A stretch of 64,000 nt of DNA, taken from the NCBI GenBank assembly GCA_951406725.2, contig OX597815.1, positions 147,250,001 through 147,314,000 of the forward strand, given 5' to 3'. The position numbers and the translations under genes were made by a program. The notes below the pieces were generated by a model. That model was not told where the DNA came from. It did no database searches and saw only the letters and a list, made by a program, of their open reading frames with translations. This document shows positions 12,169 through 24,570 of this stretch, piece after piece; position 1 is the first letter of the stretch, and the number at the start of each line of letters is the position of its first letter. The stretch is from Octopus vulgaris. Its lineage: Eukaryota.

Positions 12169-12585
12169 AGGCGTAGGAGTGATCGTGTGGTAAGTAGTTT
12201 GCTTACGAACTATATGGTTCCAGGTTCAGTCCCACTGCGTGGCACCTTGGGCAAATGTCTTCTACTATAGCCTCGGGTCGACCAAATCCTTCTGAGTGGA
12301 TTTGGTAGTCGAAAACTGAAAGAAGCCCGTCGTATGTATGTATATATGTATGTATGTGTGTGTATACGTTTGTGTGTCTGTGTTTGTCACCCCAAAATCG
12401 CTTGACAACCGATGCTGGTGTGTTTACGTCCCCGAAACTTAATGGTTTGTCAAAAGAAACCGATATAATAAGTGCTAGCCTTACAAAGAATAAGTCCTCG
12501 GGTCGATTTGCTTGACTAAAGGCAGTGCTCCAGTATGGCCGCAGTCAAATGACTGAAACAAGTAAAAGAGTAAAAGAGTAAAGAG
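12169..12585 (+). mobile_element. tRNA-derived SINE, family 1, full length
   Basis: Head ggcgtaggagtgatcgtgtggtaagtag..ggttcagtccc, with a tail ending in (gtaaaaga)n. Confidence 0.9.
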
Positions 12586-12721
12586 GGTACTGTTTCACCG
12601 ATTTTACGGAAAGAACTAGCAGTGCGGGGACCGGGCACACTTGAGGTCTCAACGGCGGCTGGTACGAAAATATAGTGGCCGGCAAAATATCATTTGTTAA
12701 TTATGATTAAGTTTTATTATA

Positions 12722-12910
12722 TTCTTCTCTACTCTAGGCACAAAGTTCGAAATTTTTGAGGAGAGGGCCAGTCCATTAGTTCGACCTCAGTACCCAAGTG
12801 GATTGAAGGTAAAATGAATCTCAGTGGAATTTGAACTCAGAACGTAAAGACAGACGGAATACCACTAAGCATTTCGCCCAGCGTGCTAACGTTTCTGCCA
12901 GCTCGCCGTC
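12722..12910 (-). mobile_element. tRNA-derived SINE, family 2
   Basis: The minus strand reads gacggcgagctggcagaaacgttagcacgctgggcgaaatgc..ctgagttcaaattcc..tgtgcctagagtagagaagaat. Confidence 0.85.
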
Positions 12911-12928
12911 TTTAAATTTTAATATATT

Positions 12929-13297
12929 ACGTGCGAAATGCGTAGCCGTATTTCGTCTGCCGCTACGTTCAGAGTTCAAATTCCGCCGAGGTCAACTTTG
13001 CCTTTCATCCTTTCAGGGTCGATTAAATAAGTACCAGTTACGCACTGAGGTCGATATAATCGACTTTATCCGTTTGTCTGTCCTTTTTGTCCTCTCTGTG
13101 TTTAGCCCCTTGTGGGTAGTAAAGAAATAGGTATTTCGTCTGTCTTTATGTTCTGAGTTCAAATTCCACCGAGGTCCACATTGCCTTTCATCCTTTCGGG
13201 GGTCGATTACATAAGTACCCGATGAGAAAACTACGGTCGATGAAATCGACTTAGCCCCATCCTCAAAATTGCTGGGCTTGTGCCAAATTCGGAAACC
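12929..13297 (+). mobile_element. Dimeric family-2 SINE: a unit with an alternative tail (12929-13129) followed by a 5'-clipped standard unit (13130-13297)
   Basis: Both units contain gagttcaaattcc(g/a)ccgaggtc..gcctttcatcctttc(a/g)gggtcgatta. The first ends tttagccccttgtgggtagtaaagaaata and the second starts mid-head at ggtatttcgtctg. Confidence 0.85.
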
Positions 13298-13806
13298 GGT
13301 ATATTGCAGCAAAACAAAAAAATGTTTCTACTTCTCTTACATAAAATAAATACGTTTTGGCAAATTTATTGTGAGATCTGCATTAAAATATCCATACTAA
13401 CACTCGTGTTCTCGCTCCTATAGGATGCGATAATTGTCTTGACCTAATTCTTTTGTGTGCCAACTATGACCTCGCAATAGCACTCGATATTTTTCATCTC
13501 CGTTAGTTTACCTGTTATAATTTACTATCACGTTATTTTCACAGCGTACTTATAATTATTGCAGTACTATTCTGTTTCCCATTACATTTGTAGTACAAAA
13601 TGCATTTGCCATAAGGAAAATAGCTTTCTTTTCAGATTTTTACAGTATATACTTTTCTTCAGAGCATTATTTTTAATGTAAGTATATTATTCAATGAATT
13701 TGACATGTTTTTCTCTAGATTAAGAGCTTAGATTTATTTTCCTCCTTTTTCAAACATATTTTCTTCCAAAATTACACACACACACACACAAACGTACACA
13801 CACACA

Positions 13807-13855
<49 letters not shown>

Positions 13856-14093
13856 ACACAAACACACACACACATATATATATATATATAAATATATATA
13901 CATAGGAAAATATATACAGTTTATTTCTCTAAATTCAGTCGGTGTTTTTCTTTAATAATTTCTACGACAGCGATACCAGATAAACGTGTTTACTTTTCCA
14001 TTGAAATATTTTAACGAATATTTTTATAACATGCTCTGATATAAACATTTCGTGAATTTTCATATTACAGATGTCTTCGAATGTTACCCATTA

Positions 14094-14508
14094 CTCTTTT
14101 TACTCGTTTACTCTTTTACTTGTTTCAGTCATTTGACTGCGGCCATGCTAGAGCACCACCTTTAGTCGACCAAATCGACCCCAGGACTTATTTTTTGTAA
14201 GCCTAGTACTTATTGTATCGGTATGTTTTGGCGAACCGCTAAGTTACGGGGAACTAAACACACCAGCATCGGCTGTCAGGCGACGTTGTGGGGACAAACA
14301 AAGACACACAAACATTTACACACATATATATAAATACATATATACGACGAGCTTCTTTCAGCTTCCGTCTACCGAATCCACTCACAATGCTTTGGCCGGC
14401 CCGAGGCTATAGTAGAAGACACTTGTCCAAAGTCCCACGCAGTTGGAATGAACCTGAAACCATGTGGTTGGCTAGCAAGCTATTTACCACACAGCCATTC
14501 ACGCGCCT
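14094..14508 (-). mobile_element. tRNA-derived SINE, family 1, full length
   Basis: Its reverse complement aligns with 12169-12585. Confidence 0.9.
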
Positions 14509-14949
14509 ATGTTATTCACATCTTGTACTGAACTACTCCAATTCCAGTTAAGAATCAAGCCAAATATGGTGCCTTTATTCATCTATTTTCTATAGTGTTT
14601 CCTGAACGTGCATACTATAAATTTGAACATTTCAAATTGGTTTTATCGACCAATATCATCTTACATGATTTTGAAAAAAAAAATTGTCTTCATTACCACC
14701 TACATTTAAATCACCGGCACTGTTAAATATATATAATAATATTCGCTCATCTCTTTTTCCATTTCTGCTCTTTTCCGTCACTTTCTTGTGAGTACCTAAG
14801 ATATTTCTGTTACGTGTTATATATTTCCATTTTTTTTCTGGTGCACGTCATGTTCATAGTTTACACCCTAGACTAGACAATATATCCCGGAATATCTTGT
14901 AGTACTACTTCATGAAGACTGTGATTGAAGATACTGAATGGTGTTATTA

Positions 14950-15378
14950 GCTTCAAAATTAGGTGCAAAGCCAGCAAACTCGGCGGAGAGTTAAATGGAT
15001 TGCATCGACCCAGTTCTCAACTGGTACTTATTTTATCAATCTCGATAAGATAATTGGCAAAGTCGGAACTTGAACTGAGAACGAAATGCCAGACGAAAGG
15101 CCACTACGATTTTTTCTGACATGCTGACGGTTCTACCAGCTCATAGCCTTAGGTCTTATATAAATTGGTTTCAATTTTAGCTCAAGGCCAGCGGTTTAGA
15201 GGGAGAAGGTAAATCAATTTCATCGATTGCAGTGTTCAACTGGTTCTTATTTTATTGACCCCGGAATAATGAAAGGAAATGTCGTTCTCGGCGGGGTTTG
15301 AAATCAGTGTAAAGACGGACGAAATACTGCTGGGCATTTTGCCCGGCTTGCTGGCGATTCTGTCCGCTCACAACCTTA
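14950..15378 (-). mobile_element. Two tandem diverged family-2 SINEs (~14950-15150, ~15165-15378)
   Basis: Each contains actgg(ta/tt)cttatttt and g/aacttgaactga or ggtttgaaatca plus gacgaaa, matching the reverse complement of family 2. Confidence 0.7.
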
Positions 15379-16199
15379 AGCGTAGTGATCTTTCGACCTA
15401 GGTGCCGATCAAGGTAATCAGGAAACTACGTTACTTGCATAACCACCCGCACGCACGACAACGCACGCACACATATAAGCTCACACGCATACACAAAAAC
15501 ATTTTATGCTTTTTTCTGTGCTCATTCTCCATTTGGGGTATACATATATGTATATATATAAAACACGTATTATGTAAGTGTTTTATCTCATAATTTGCAA
15601 AAATTAATTGCCTTGCTTTATTTCAGTTTATTTAGCATTTATTATATGAAAAATACATAAATAAACTTTCTTATGCCTATATTGTATGTGCTTACGCGCG
15701 GCTAGTGTAATGCGGAGATTGCGAAACCTCATTACCAGCAACTTGTGTATTGCAAATGTTCACAATGAGTCATGAACTCTCAGGGATCATATTTTATGGG
15801 CAAATATATTAGTCACAAAGGATCTATACGGGGAAATCTAAATAGATTCATGCTTCATCAAACGTTTGAAGGCCACAGCCTGGTAATTATCAACATATTT
15901 TGCCAGAAATACAATCGATATAAGATCACGGTATCACCGACCTCAAAAGTGACATACGCCTGCTTATATCAAAGTTATTATCCATGAAATAAATTGTCAT
16001 ATATAATAATGAGTGTATTGAAAATAATCCGTGGCTCTGTTGAAGCAGTTACAGAGGTGCACCATTTGTGAAAACAAATTAAGAGATCGATAAATGTTTC
16101 TACGTCGTAGAATTTATTTTGTGAACATTAAGGCACACATTCCATTCTTTCAAACCATATTATATGTATTCTGGCAACCAAAGTTTAATAGTATACTAA

Positions 16200-16608
16200 T
16201 ATTGGTTTCAAATTTTGCCATAAGGCCAGTAAGATCGGGGAGGTGTACGTCGGCTACATCAGCTCCGCTGCTCAAGTGGTACTTATTTTATCGACCCCGA
16301 AAGGGTGAAAAGGAAAGTCAACCTCGGCCAAATTTGAACTCAGAATGTAAAGACGTGCAAAATGGCGCTAAGCATTTTGTCCGGAGTCTTAACGATTCTT
16401 TTATAGTCTAGGCACAAGGCCTGATAATCTTGAGTAGGGGCAGTCGATTAGATCGACTCCCAGTACGCAACAGGCACATAATTTATCATCCCCGAAAGGA
16501 TGACAAGCAAAGTCGATCTCGGCGGAATTTGAATTCAGAACATAAAGACAGACGTAATCCCGCTCAGCATTTCGCCCGGCGTGCTAACATTACTGCCAGC
16601 TCACCACT
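16200..16608 (-). mobile_element. Two tandem family-2 SINEs (~16200-16400, ~16408-16608)
   Basis: Core motifs tatcgaccccgaaaggg..aatttgaactcagaa and ctcggcggaatttgaattcagaac..gccagctcacc. Confidence 0.75.
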
Positions 16609-16814
16609 TATATCAACAGTGATATTGAAACACGAAATTGATAGGAAACATTATAACAGCAGACGACAGCAAAAACAAAAATGTTCCTCCTTGATGCGAG
16701 AGAATGAAACATAGGTTGATATGAGGATAATATCTGAATCGAAGCAACAATTATTTGATCCAAGACACTTTTATTTAAATTGTAGGCAAACTAAGAAAAT
16801 CATATAATTTAAGT

Positions 16815-16936
16815 GAATCTATTCCATCTCAATCACAGATTTTTAATTAATTTTTTTTTAACTAAACAGTTTGAAACTTCGAATACTAGTTTTAAAAAAT
16901 TAATTTAAAAATCTGTGATTGTGATGGAATAGATCC
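16815..16936. mobile_element. 122-bp hairpin MITE with 8-bp target-site duplication
   Basis: ~50-bp terminal inverted repeats (gaatctattccatctcaatcacagatttttaatt.. / ..aatttaaaaatctgtgattgtgatggaatagatcc). The sequence atttaagt is present at both 16807-16814 and 16937-16944. Confidence 0.8.
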
Positions 16937-18805
16937 ATTTAAGTTTGAGAAATCTTCGTAGACTGGTGTGAAGGAGAAAGCCTATTGTTATTCCAGCTGA
17001 TCGCAGGCGAGAATGCCTCCAACAGAATGAGCTCTGTTAAAGGCACCAAATACCCAGTTTTATTGGAAAATGAGTACTGTATAAAGCTTATCAATTTGGA
17101 GGAGGAAGAACTGTTGCTTTGCTGAATACCCACATTTAGCGTCTACCATGTTTGCGTTCGCTCGACATACTGAAAAATATATCTCAAATTTCTCTGATAA
17201 CATACCCATATATTTAAAAATTAGAGATTTTCTATGTATTGTTATTAAATCATTTTACTGTTTTGCAAAACAGTGTTTTAGTCAAAATGTAGACACTAAT
17301 GTGTTTCAAATTTTAACAGCAATCTTCAAAGATAGTGTAAATATCAATACGTGGTTGTGTGAATACTCTAGTATATCTTAAAAGAAGATATTTTGAAATG
17401 TAATTTAGATTATTATTGTCTATTAATTACATTATTTCGATACATCGACAATTGCTTAAAGACGTCTGTGCAATTTCTTAAGCAGATATGCACGATAGAG
17501 ACGGTTTATTATGTAGAACATTTTACTGAACACTCTTTTAAAATATATACACTCAGACGTGACCTAGCAACGTTTCCCTGCCTCTACCAGTTGTTTCACC
17601 CATCGCTTAATAATAACTGAGAATAATAATGCCTTGGAGAATAGCGCAATGATTATTGTTTCGGTAATTAATGTTCTATATACATAATTAATATAATGTT
17701 AAATAGAGTGCTGCAGAAAGAAAGAGCATAGCAAATTCTAATGCCGTACATCATAACTTAACTACTCTCATTACTGAATATAATCATGCCGTATTCCTTA
17801 TACTGTTTGTATATGAATGATCCTAGCAATTGAAAAGCAAATTGGAATGTTTTGATAAAAAATACATGATCAACTGCTCCGATGAATATAGACAAGGAAA
17901 ATATGGAAGTGAATTTTCGTATTCGTGTTTGTGCAAATTAGAGGATTATTAATGTTAACCCATTTTTATGCACTAGCTCCAATTAGCGGTTAATTTATGT
18001 GTAATGGAAGCTATTAGGCAGTAAACAGCTGATATTTTATTCATAACTTAAGTGGTGGGGATAACTGATGTGTAATCGCCATATAAAATGTTGAGAATGA
18101 CTTCAAACTGAATTCAAAAAGTTAAACAGAGAACATTATAAAGGCTGAATTATATTACAACGCTAGAGATCCATGCATCAAGAATGTGTTATGCTACGCC
18201 TATTGAATCTACATTCAATATGAAACAGGAGTCTGCGAAAACAACATATCGAACACTTCTGAATTCCAGAACGTGCTGATCGCCTAATCCAATGAGTAAA
18301 TGTTTGAGAAATAAGACAAATGAGAAGGAAATAGAAAGAAATCGCTGGGTAATGACTTAACAAGCATCCTCATAATATTGTAACCCAAATGTGGTAAATT
18401 TGCTAAAACAACATTCATGCAATGCATTCTTAAAACAAAAAAAAAAATGACATTTCGAATAGCTATGATCCTGGAATTATCATGATTAATTTAGAATGTG
18501 TTTTCGTGCTTGTAAATATTTAATGAAAGGTTTCAGGAATCAGTGAGTCCTTAGTCTTGGTGGTGGTGGTGATGGAGTTATGTATTAAATATCAAATAGT
18601 GTCGACATATAGTGATTATTCAATTTGAATACTGGAGAAAACTGAAATAACTTAATCACGTAATTTATTGCATTAGTTCAATTCCTACACATGAAACAAT
18701 ATTCAGTGTGCGTATATATATATATATATATATATATAGTTTCTATGCGTGTGAGTACAATCACGCATGTGAATGTGTATACATGTCTATATATATATAT
18801 ATACA

Positions 18806-19345
18806 TATTGGTTCTTCCCATAAATGATGCGGTCTTTTCAATTGCGTGAACTAAAGGTGCAGGTGTGAGGATAAACTACATGCTTCAACTTGCTATAAAA
18901 GCAGATAGTAAATTTACCTTACACGTATTCTTATTCACGTCTCTTGGATGGACGTTTTTTTTAACCGAATAGTGACCGGTGATGAGAAACGGGTTCTCTA
19001 TAAAAATGCCAAGCGCCGAAATCAGTGGGTAAGGAAAGGAGAAACACCGGCACCCCGGGCTAAATAAGGTCTACCCCCATATAAGGTGTTGCTATTTGTT
19101 TGGTGGGATATGAAATGTTTCGTCCACTTTGAACTTTTAAACCCAAAACCAAAAGAAGGGAAAAGAGATCTACTCAAGCGAGTAGCGTGAGCGATTTATG
19201 TCAGCGCTAGAAGAAAAAAAACGACTGTCTTTGATTTCAAAATGAAAGGTGATCTTCATTCGGAACAATGTTAGACCGCATACACCGGGGATGACATTCC
19301 AAAGACTGGAGCAGTCTGAATGGGAAACGAAGCCCCACCCATCAC
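18806..19345 (+). mobile_element. Decayed mariner transposase fragment (catalytic region)
   Basis: Translates to NRIVTGDEKRVLYKNAKRRNQWVRKGETP..KVLLFVWWDMK..VHFELL and later NNVRPHT..LEQSEWETKPHP. Stops and frameshifts are present. Confidence 0.8.
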
Positions 19346-19371
19346 GTGCGCAGTGAGATCTAGCAGGGACG

Positions 19372-20150
19372 TACATGAGGCAGTGTGCCTAGTGAAATCG
19401 CTCTATTTTCTTCGCAAGTTGTGAAATTTATAATTTTGTGATAATGTGTATGCTGCAGTCTGCGATTTTGTCATGGACAGGAATAGAGATCCAACGTGAA
19501 ATTTTGCGTAGAACTTGAGATTTCTGCTAGAGAAACACTGAACGCGATTTGGAAAGCTTTCAGCGAAGAGGCAATTGGTCGTAAGCAATGTTTCTTGAGG
19601 GTCAAGCGCTTCAAAAACGGAAGAACATCCCTCGAAGATGATAATCAATTTGGAAGACCTTCTAAGAGCGTCACCCTTGAAATTTGGTATTGTGCATCAA
19701 GAATTTGTCCCTCAAGGTCAGAGCATCAATCGAGAGTTCTACGAGGCTTTGAAGCGTTTGAGAGATGACATTCTGCGAAAGAGACTGGATATGTGGAGCC
19801 CGAAGAATTGTATTCTTGACAACGACAATACACTCTGTCACCAAGCTCTCCTCACTCGTGAGTTTCTCGCCAAATTTAACATGTTATCACTTTCACACCC
19901 GCCCTATTCACCGGATGTAGCACTTCCCTATGATGAAAATGCAGCTCAAAGATCGCCGTTTTAACACCGTTTTCGAGATCCAGAGCGAATCGCAGAATGC
20001 CCTCGACTTGCATACGGAAAACGACTTCAAGACCGAAACGCTGAGAGCGGCATAATGTTGCACAGGATGACTATTTTTATTGAGCTTATGCTAGAATTTA
20101 GATAAATAAGTTATTTTAAACAAGGTAAATAAGTATGAAACTCGTGTTTA
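19372..20150 (+). mobile_element. Internally deleted mariner element (second subfamily)
   Basis: HTH region KFCVELEISARETL..FKNGRTSLEDDNQFGRPS, then GIVHQEFVPQGQSINREFY..DNDN..HPPYSPDVA. The TGDE region is missing. Confidence 0.85.
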
Positions 20151-20213
20151 TTCTAATCTAATACTCCTTCTTTTACATGTAACGGATACACCCATTCATC
20201 CATCCATCCATCC

Positions 20214-20325
<112 letters not shown>

Positions 20326-21397
20326 GCACAACTGATAAAGTTTTCTCTGCGCGAGCAGATCGATGAGCAACACTAGTGGGTATCATTCACATTCTCACAA
20401 AATTGTTGGGGTGAAATGCAAGCGTTGATTTCCATTGCTCTCTCTCTCTCTCTCTCTCCCTCTCTCTAACGTTTGAAATGCGCAATTTGTTTCCACTAAG
20501 TTAAGTCGAGTGTGACACAAGAGGTAGAACAACCAGAGCGTGAAAATCTGGAGCATATCCAATATATTTTATCTCACTCTCTGAGGATTCCGGCATTTTG
20601 CAGCAATTTTACATAGAAAAACACGTCTGGTGTTCTGAAAAAATTGATTGAAATCTTATTTGAAATTATTTAATTAATTAAACTTTAATTTTCTATAGTA
20701 TTTTCTATAGTATTTTCGTAATCTATCAAAATTAATAAATATATATTGCCGCATGATAGTAGCAAATTTGACTTTTGATTTTCATGAAGGGTGTGTGTGT
20801 GTGTGTGTGTGTGTATGTCTGTGTGGGTATGTGTGCATTTGCTCCTAGACTTTATATACTGTGTAATTTCGTATTGTATTTAATAGCTTTCCTTGCAGGT
20901 CCATCAATCGTTTTTTTTATCGTGTATGAATATTTAGACGGTAGACCTTGAAAAAAATAGTTATTGCAAAAAATAAGCCTGTTGCAAAACTACAACAGCT
21001 ATAATAACTAGCAGCCAAACCTCTCTCAAATTACACCTCGTCATTTTAATAGCTGATGGATACATTCGGCATTCCAATCTTTGCTATACAAGTACACGAA
21101 ATGTCAATGAGTAAAAAGCTTTAGATCATGTGTCTACTCTACAACGCTTGTATTGTCTAAAGTGACAGTATTCGAAGCAGAACGACAACAAAAACTTAAG
21201 AACTCACACAAATATATATTTTCAAATATCAGTTAATGATTGATGAAAAGACAAAAGGTAGGTAAACCTTAGCTAACGGTTTTTACTCTAAGAAGCACTA
21301 CACTGAAACCTAAGTGTTTGTGCAGTGCATCAGGTTATTCATATGGCTATGAGTAAACCAATTCATAAAATAACCTTGAGTGTATAATGTAGGTATG

Positions 21398-21455
<58 letters not shown>

Positions 21456-23638
21456 CGTGTGTGAAGAGAAGGAAAGTAGTAAATATTTTTTGCATAGTCA
21501 ATTTTTTTTATTTCATCCCTGCTGTCTGATATTCTGAGAGCAGTAAATGGCTAATTCTTAATTTTTATTGCATCGCTTCACTTCGCATAGCTTTGCATTC
21601 GATTTTATTACCTTCTTTTTTTTTTATTTTTACTATAACGAATGACATCATTGGCTGAAGAATGTAAAACTGAATTGAATATTATGATGTTGGATTTAGA
21701 AGAAATGAGAAATTGTAATACTGGTCTCTGTTTGCATTAAATGAGTTTTTAATTGCTGACGATAATGGAAAGCAAAGGAAATAAATTAGCTGGAACCCAT
21801 GGAGGAATAAAGAAAGTGAAAAGAGATTTAAAATATCCCCCTCCTACAAAATAATGTAAAAATAAAAAGAATATCAAACTGCTCCATAATTACTTGAATG
21901 ATAGTAAATTATGTCAAAACCAACCAAATGAAATATTTCCCGGATCATTGAAGATGGAGATAAAAATTGGAGAAAAATGTTAAACGGTAAAAAAAAATGC
22001 ATAAAATTATTATCAACTATTAAAGAAATATCTTGAATCTGATTACAGGTTTATAACGAACAAAAAAATAATATGCTGACAGAAAATTTTATAATTTATT
22101 TCTATCCATTAAATATTATTTAATATTTTCCATTTCTATAAACGTTCACTAAGATCCCAAGACCAAATTATAAAACAAAAATATTTCAATTAGGGAAAAT
22201 ATTAACGAAATAAAGGGATAGGAAAATAAAAATAATTATCGCTGAAACTATTAATAATGCATTCATTTAATTTTCTGAACAGTAAGTTAATATTTCTTCG
22301 AATAAAACATACTTTTAAAGAAACAGCACCTAAATCTCAAACAGACTCGGTTTAAATTTAGAAGCATATTTGAATGAACGTTTGGATATAACGACATATG
22401 AACTAGTGTATTTCTTTTTGGAAACGAATTGTTTGGAAAAAATGGGCGATGTAAAGAAAAAATATTGAAAGCTTTAAACGTTTTATCGTAAAATTCCATG
22501 TCTCTCGTACAACAGGATGCAGTTATTATACTTTTGATTTATGAGAGCAGAGTTTACAGAATCAAAGTTAGGGACATGAATTATCTTTAAAACATTCGAT
22601 GTACTGGGCGGAAAACTACAAACCCATCACTTGAAAAATTAGAGTTATTTATTAAATGAGATCAATTATATCGATACGCGATTGATATTTGTGCAGATGT
22701 GTATATGAACCTTAACATCTCTCTGATATATATTTCGTCAGAATTGGATAAATGCAACATCAAGTATAATCGTAAAAGTGTGAGAACATAACAGACATAA
22801 GTGAATACCGTCAGACATGTTAGTTATACTACAGATACTAAAAACTTTCATAACAAGGCTTTAAAATAGATTTACTTACTATCGTTACGGTCTAGAAAAT
22901 GGCGCTTTGCCTTTACGACCAACAAACTCATCTACGTTCGTTAGTGAAAAATTATTACTATATTGGCACAAAGCCAAACATTTGTAAAAGATAAATATAA
23001 TCGATTGAATCAAAGCTGGTACGTATCACACACTTATGTATTATATCGATCTCAGACACATGAAAAAGCAAGTTAACCCCGGTGTTATATCTAGTAAAAT
23101 ACACAGAAGGATGAAAGCAAATTCTATAATTAATTCAATCTAAAGCTCAAATGAAAAAAAATTCTTATCCAGCAGCAAACCTTGGTGTATACCATGAATT
23201 ATCGGAAATGTTCCGCAACAATCGTACAAGACACATACGCGCGAGTGCACGCTCGTTTATGTATGTATCTTTATGTTTTGTTTGTTTCAGTCGTTGGACT
23301 CCAGATATGCCAGGGCTTTAGTCGAAAAAATATGTCCCAGTTGATACGTTTTGAGCCTAATATATATTCCATGGACTCGTTTGTTTCTTTTCCCGAAACA
23401 CAAGGTAACGGAGATATAAACAAACATAATTGATCAAGAGATATACTGAAGAACGAAATCACAGACACTTATATATTGAACTTGCTTCCACACAGTTACC
23501 CTGTATTAAATTCAGTCACAAGAGAATGTAGGCCCATTGCATAGTAGAGCGTGCTTGCCTAAGGTACTGAGCAGTGATACGGAACCCGAAATCAAGAGGT
23601 TCGAAGAGAGCAAATTTATCGAATCAGCTGTTTTGATT

Positions 23639-24570
23639 CAGGGCCAAATTATTCTCTCATCCTCAATACTCGATGTTGATGCCCCCCCGACGATCATCTT
23701 TCAAAGTGAAACTTGAAAGAGCTGATGACGGTTGCTCTGAAGAAGTATTGGCCTTTAGCCCTTTGAATTTTTTCTACCACACAACCGTGATTGCAGCGAC
23801 AGATAAAATCTGGTCAAAGAAAGATCCTTTTAACGGACACAGCTGATAATCGCAACCATCCTACTCGTGAGAACAACTGTTCAACATTACTTTACAAGTC
23901 AGTAGATCGGAGCTTACAGATCGGTTTCGTCGCTCCATGCGCGAATCGTACGAGTTCGATGAACGGAATTCCAGAGTCTGTAGAGTTTTTCTGAAACCAA
24001 CAATTCTTTCCTGTCGTACTGCCGAGCCGAAGTTTCCTCTATAAAAGATAAGCCAGTTCTTTTGATCGACTCATGGCGTTTTGCTTTTACGAGAACGCCA
24101 TCTATTTTACTGCCACTAATCTCTGGAAAGCGAACGTGGAATTTCCTCCGACGGGCAATGTTCGACGGGTGGATAGTTGTCGATAGTTGTGGGTAATAGA
24201 TGATATTACTGTTTTCGCTATTCTCAGCATTACAGCTCTCTTAGCGTTAAGAGGAAAAGGCATGTGGCTATATATGTCTAGCATCGAGGAATTGCTGGAG
24301 ACGTTGAAACCCCAGCGTATCGTTAGCGCGAGTCTGAAAATTACGGTGAGCACAGTACTTCACGGAGCGGATGTTAAAAGTATATGAACTGATCGACGAG
24401 ATTATCGCATCCCTCACACAAACGACGAAAGAGCAGACGATATGATTGATCAGACGTGAAGCGCAAGAAAACAAGATTGTAAGGTTGTAAGACACATTGG
24501 AGACAACGTAGACGTTCTTTCGATTAGGAGCTAATCTTTAGGAATATTTCTGGCTGCCACTAGCTACGCT
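23639..24570 (-). mobile_element. Old CpG-rich transposon relic, possibly a hAT transposase C-terminus
   Basis: The minus strand gives TLPVGGNSTFAFQRLVAVK..AMS..ELA, which loosely resembles the hAT dimerisation motif (TLPV..S.ERSFS.L..IK..M..RL..LA). A 47-bp homologue occurs at 28333-28379. Confidence 0.3.

Noticed and set aside
16950-17125. Protein-like open stretch (EIFVDWCEGES..LEEEELLLC)
   Set aside because: It has no start codon, no convincing splice pair and no recognisable homology.
24290-24320. IAGDVETP as a 2A-like ribosome-skipping peptide with synonymous conservation
   Set aside because: It lacks the essential NPGP, is followed by a stop, and the apparent synonymous changes are explained by CpG decay.
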